Positions 54,574 through 56,832 of a stretch of 56,832 bases of DNA are shown here, in pieces. The position numbers were made by a program, and so were the translations under genes. Position 1 is the stretch's first letter. Each line of letters opens with the position of its first letter. The notes below the pieces were generated by a model. It was not told the origin of the DNA. It was given only the letters and a program-made list of their open reading frames with translations, and searched no databases. The stretch covers positions 1 to 56,832 of IMG/VR virus record IMGVR_UViG_3300020152_000004; one strand, written 5' to 3'. This DNA comes from a virus. Its lineage: Duplodnaviria > Caudoviricetes.

Positions 54574-56832
54574 ATGTCCGGAGAAATTGCACGGCTATGG
54601 GCAACGCTCGGGGTCAATGACACCGAGCATCGCGTCAAGATGGCGGCCGCAGAGAGCCGCTTTCAGTCGTTGCGCCGGACAGCGTCCACCGTCACGACCG
54701 CCCTGGCCAGCGTGGGTCTCGCAGTCGGGATTCGCGAGCTCACGCAGTACGCAGACACCTGGAAGCTGGTCGAGGGCCGCCTCAAGCTCGTTTCAGGTTC
54801 GACCACCGAGCTGCGCACCGTCCAATCCGAGCTTTTCCGCATTGCGCAGGAAGCCCGCACTCCATTTGACCAGACGGCGGACATCTATGCGCGGATGGCT
54901 CGCAATGCAGACGGCCTGAACGCCTCCCAGAGCCAGATGCTGACCGTTACGCGCGCCATCAGTCAATCGATGGCCGTGTCCGGTGCTTCGACCGAATCTG
55001 CGCGCGCCGCCCTCATCCAGCTCAATCAGGCGTTCGGAAGCGGCGTCCTCCGCGGGGAAGAGCTCAACAGCGTCCTCGAGCAGGCGCCGCGCCTCGCAGA
55101 AGCTATCGCCACCGGCATGGGCGTAACCGTGGGTGAGCTGCGCGCCTTGGGCGAGCAAGGGAAACTCACCGCAGAGGAAGTATTCCAAGCGCTGCTCGGC
55201 CAATCCACCGCGATCGAGCGTGAATTTGCCGACATGCCCAGGACCGTCGGGCAGGCCCTCACGCAAGTCCGCAACAGCATTATGAGGCAGATCGGCGAGA
55301 TCGACCGATCATCGGGAGCCACGGCGGCGCTTGCGGCCGGCATTGGATCCATCGCCGATAACATGCGCGCACTGGTGGGCGCCATCGGGATCGCCGCAGC
55401 TGCGCTCACCGGACGATTCCTGGTTTCACTGGGAGCTGCCGGCGCCGCGAAGATCCAGTCCGCGCGGCACTCGCATGCGCTCGCACTGGCCGAGCGCGCT
55501 CAGGCTGCCGCATCGCTTGACGCCGCGCGCGCGTCGGAGGTAGAGGCCGCGGCCAAGGTCAGGGAGCTGCAGGTCACTCGTGCCGCGATCGAGCTGTCGC
55601 GGCAGGAGACGGTAGCCGCCCTCCAGCGCAACCAGGCTTTCCTCTCTCGCGCGGTCCCAATCGAGAACCTGCGTCCGCTCGGACATGCTGCGGTCGAGCG
55701 GGAGCTACTGCGACGTGCGCAGGCGACGCAGGCAGTATCTGCGGCGACGGGGGAGCTGGCAGTGCTGGGGCAGCAGCAGGCTCGCATCAATGCCGCGCTG
55801 TCAGGTGCGACGATGAGCGTTGCTGCCGCCGCCGGCGTCGCGGAGGCCCGCGTAACCGCCTTGGCGGCTGCCAGCGCGCGCGCGTCCATTGCGCAGCGAG
55901 CCATGGCCGCGTCATCCGCGCTCATGAGCCGGGCGATGGCTTTCCTGACCGGTCCGTGGGGCATTGCGCTCACGGCGCTCGCGATCGGATTCATGGCGTT
56001 GCGGAAGCCGACGGATGACAGTGCCGCGAGCATGACTGACGCAAGCGAGGCCGCGGACCAGCTCCGGACAGCGTATTCCAACCTCTCACGCGAACAAGTG
56101 ACCGCCGCGAAGACCGCCGCGGCCCTCGCCGTGGAACAGACCCGAGCCCAGATCAAAATGCTCGAGCTGCAGCGCCAGGCTGCGGAGAAAGGAAAGCCCT
56201 CTACGGCCGGTGTTGCCGCACGTGCGATCCTCCCGTCAATCGGCGCCAGCATCGCCACCCGCCTGCCGCAGGTTCGCCTTAACCCGGAGGACCAGGCCGC
56301 CATCGCGTCCACCGAGGCTCTGGACGACGCGATCTCGCAGCTGAACCGCGTACTCGAGATGCAGCAGGGACTCCTGTCGGGCGCGTCGACGGCGCTCGAC
56401 CGATACGGTGAGGAGAGTTCGGACGCGTTCAACAAGATCATCGAGGGCCTCCGCGAGCAGCGCGCGGAGTTCGAGGGCGGAGAACGGGCAGCGTTCCAGT
56501 ACTCGCTCTCGACACGCGACCTGACCGACTCACAGGAGGCAGCGGCGCTCGCGGAGTGGGACCTGACGGAGGCCGCGCGCAGATCGAGGGAGGCACGTGA
56601 GGAGGCGCAGCGCACCAACCAGCAGCTGAAGGAGCGAGTCGCGGACCTGAATCAGGAGATGGCGATCGAATACGAGAGGCTGACTCGCGGGGAAGACGCT
56701 GCGTACGCGCTGCAGCTGGCAACGGAAGGACTCTCGGCCGCTGAAGTCCGAGCGCTGGTGACGAAGCGAGCGGTCAACCGAGAACTCGCTGAAAGTCAGG
56801 AGCGAGAGAAGGACCGCCTCAAAGACCTGGCC
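54574..56832 (+). CDS. Tail tape measure protein, N-terminal part (continues at 128-688)
   Basis: ATG 54574; ADTW..EGRLKLV, ALIQLNQAFGSGVLRGEELNSVLEQAPRLA, GELRALGEQGKLT tape-measure domain; open to the window end. Confidence 0.92.
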   Translation, partial: MSGEIARLWATLGVNDTEHRVKMAAAESRFQSLRRTASTVTTALASVGLAVGIRELTQYADTWKLVEGRLKLVSGSTTELRTVQSELFRIAQEARTPFDQTADIYARMARNADGLNASQSQMLTVTRAISQSMAVSGASTESARAALIQLNQAFGSGVLRGEELNSVLEQAPRLAEAIATGMGVTVGELRALGEQGKLTAEEVFQALLGQSTAIEREFADMPRTVGQALTQVRNSIMRQIGEIDRSSGATAALAAGIGSIADNMRALVGAIGIAAAALTGRFLVSLGAAGAAKIQSARHSHALALAERAQAAASLDAARASEVEAAAKVRELQVTRAAIELSRQETVAALQRNQAFLSRAVPIENLRPLGHAAVERELLRRAQATQAVSAATGELAVLGQQQARINAALSGATMSVAAAAGVAEARVTALAAASARASIAQRAMAASSALMSRAMAFLTGPWGIALTALAIGFMALRKPTDDSAASMTDASEAADQLRTAYSNLSREQVTAAKTAAALAVEQTRAQIKMLELQRQAAEKGKPSTAGVAARAILPSIGASIATRLPQVRLNPEDQAAIASTEALDDAISQLNRVLEMQQGLLSGASTALDRYGEESSDAFNKIIEGLREQRAEFEGGERAAFQYSLSTRDLTDSQEAAALAEWDLTEAARRSREAREEAQRTNQQLKERVADLNQEMAIEYERLTRGEDAAYALQLATEGLSAAEVRALVTKRAVNRELAESQEREKDRLKDLA
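56706..56832. repeat. 127-bp terminal direct repeat (copy 2)
   Basis: Identical to 1-127; implies a circular unit of 56705 bp. Confidence 0.97.

Larger units (their letters stand above)
1..56832. mobile_element. Complete temperate tailed phage (siphovirus-like), excised/circular form
   Basis: Terminase, portal, capsid, tail tube, TMP, lysis, repressor/cro, integrase with intact attP, terminal overlap; no tail sheath recognised. Confidence 0.93.

Overview
This window is an apparently complete, circularised temperate long-tailed (siphovirus-like) phage genome of about 56.7 kb. Bases 1-127 are repeated exactly at 56706-56832, and the tape-measure gene reads through that junction. Gene order: tail tip and tailspike (1-8.0 kb); lysis plus accessory fibre/lyase genes (8.2-13.9 kb); a leftward, more AT-rich moron/immunity block containing a GHKL-ATPase-nuclease, a frameshifted ImmA/IrrE-like peptidase and a repressor (13.8-18.4 kb); a long rightward early operon with cro, an atypical tRNA(CAT), RecT-like, SbcD/SbcC-like, DUF5131, xis-int-attP (tRNA-Pro GGG), C5 and N6 methyltransferases, HNH, replication initiator, RusA and NUDIX (18.5-39.8 kb); then packaging, head and tail genes (39.9-56.8 kb). 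The most striking unexplained signal is a cis-RNA element found in three promoter leaders, ahead of the lysis operon, the capsid operon, and a Com-like Zn-ribbon gene leading the packaging operon. It is a short hairpin with a UUCCG(C/U) hexaloop whose stem sequence varies but keeps pairing, and whose 3' arm is the 5' arm of a downstream terminator or long hairpin. This suggests a protein-stabilised RNA antitermination switch for late genes. Other notable items: a minimal Ser/Thr-kinase-like gene and a JAMM/JAB metalloprotease sit where a prohead protease would be expected; the scaffold and capsid N-termini share an AGRF motif; and attP splits the early operon. All calls are by-eye motif and synteny inferences. 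No database searches or folding programs were run, and the host cannot be determined from this window.
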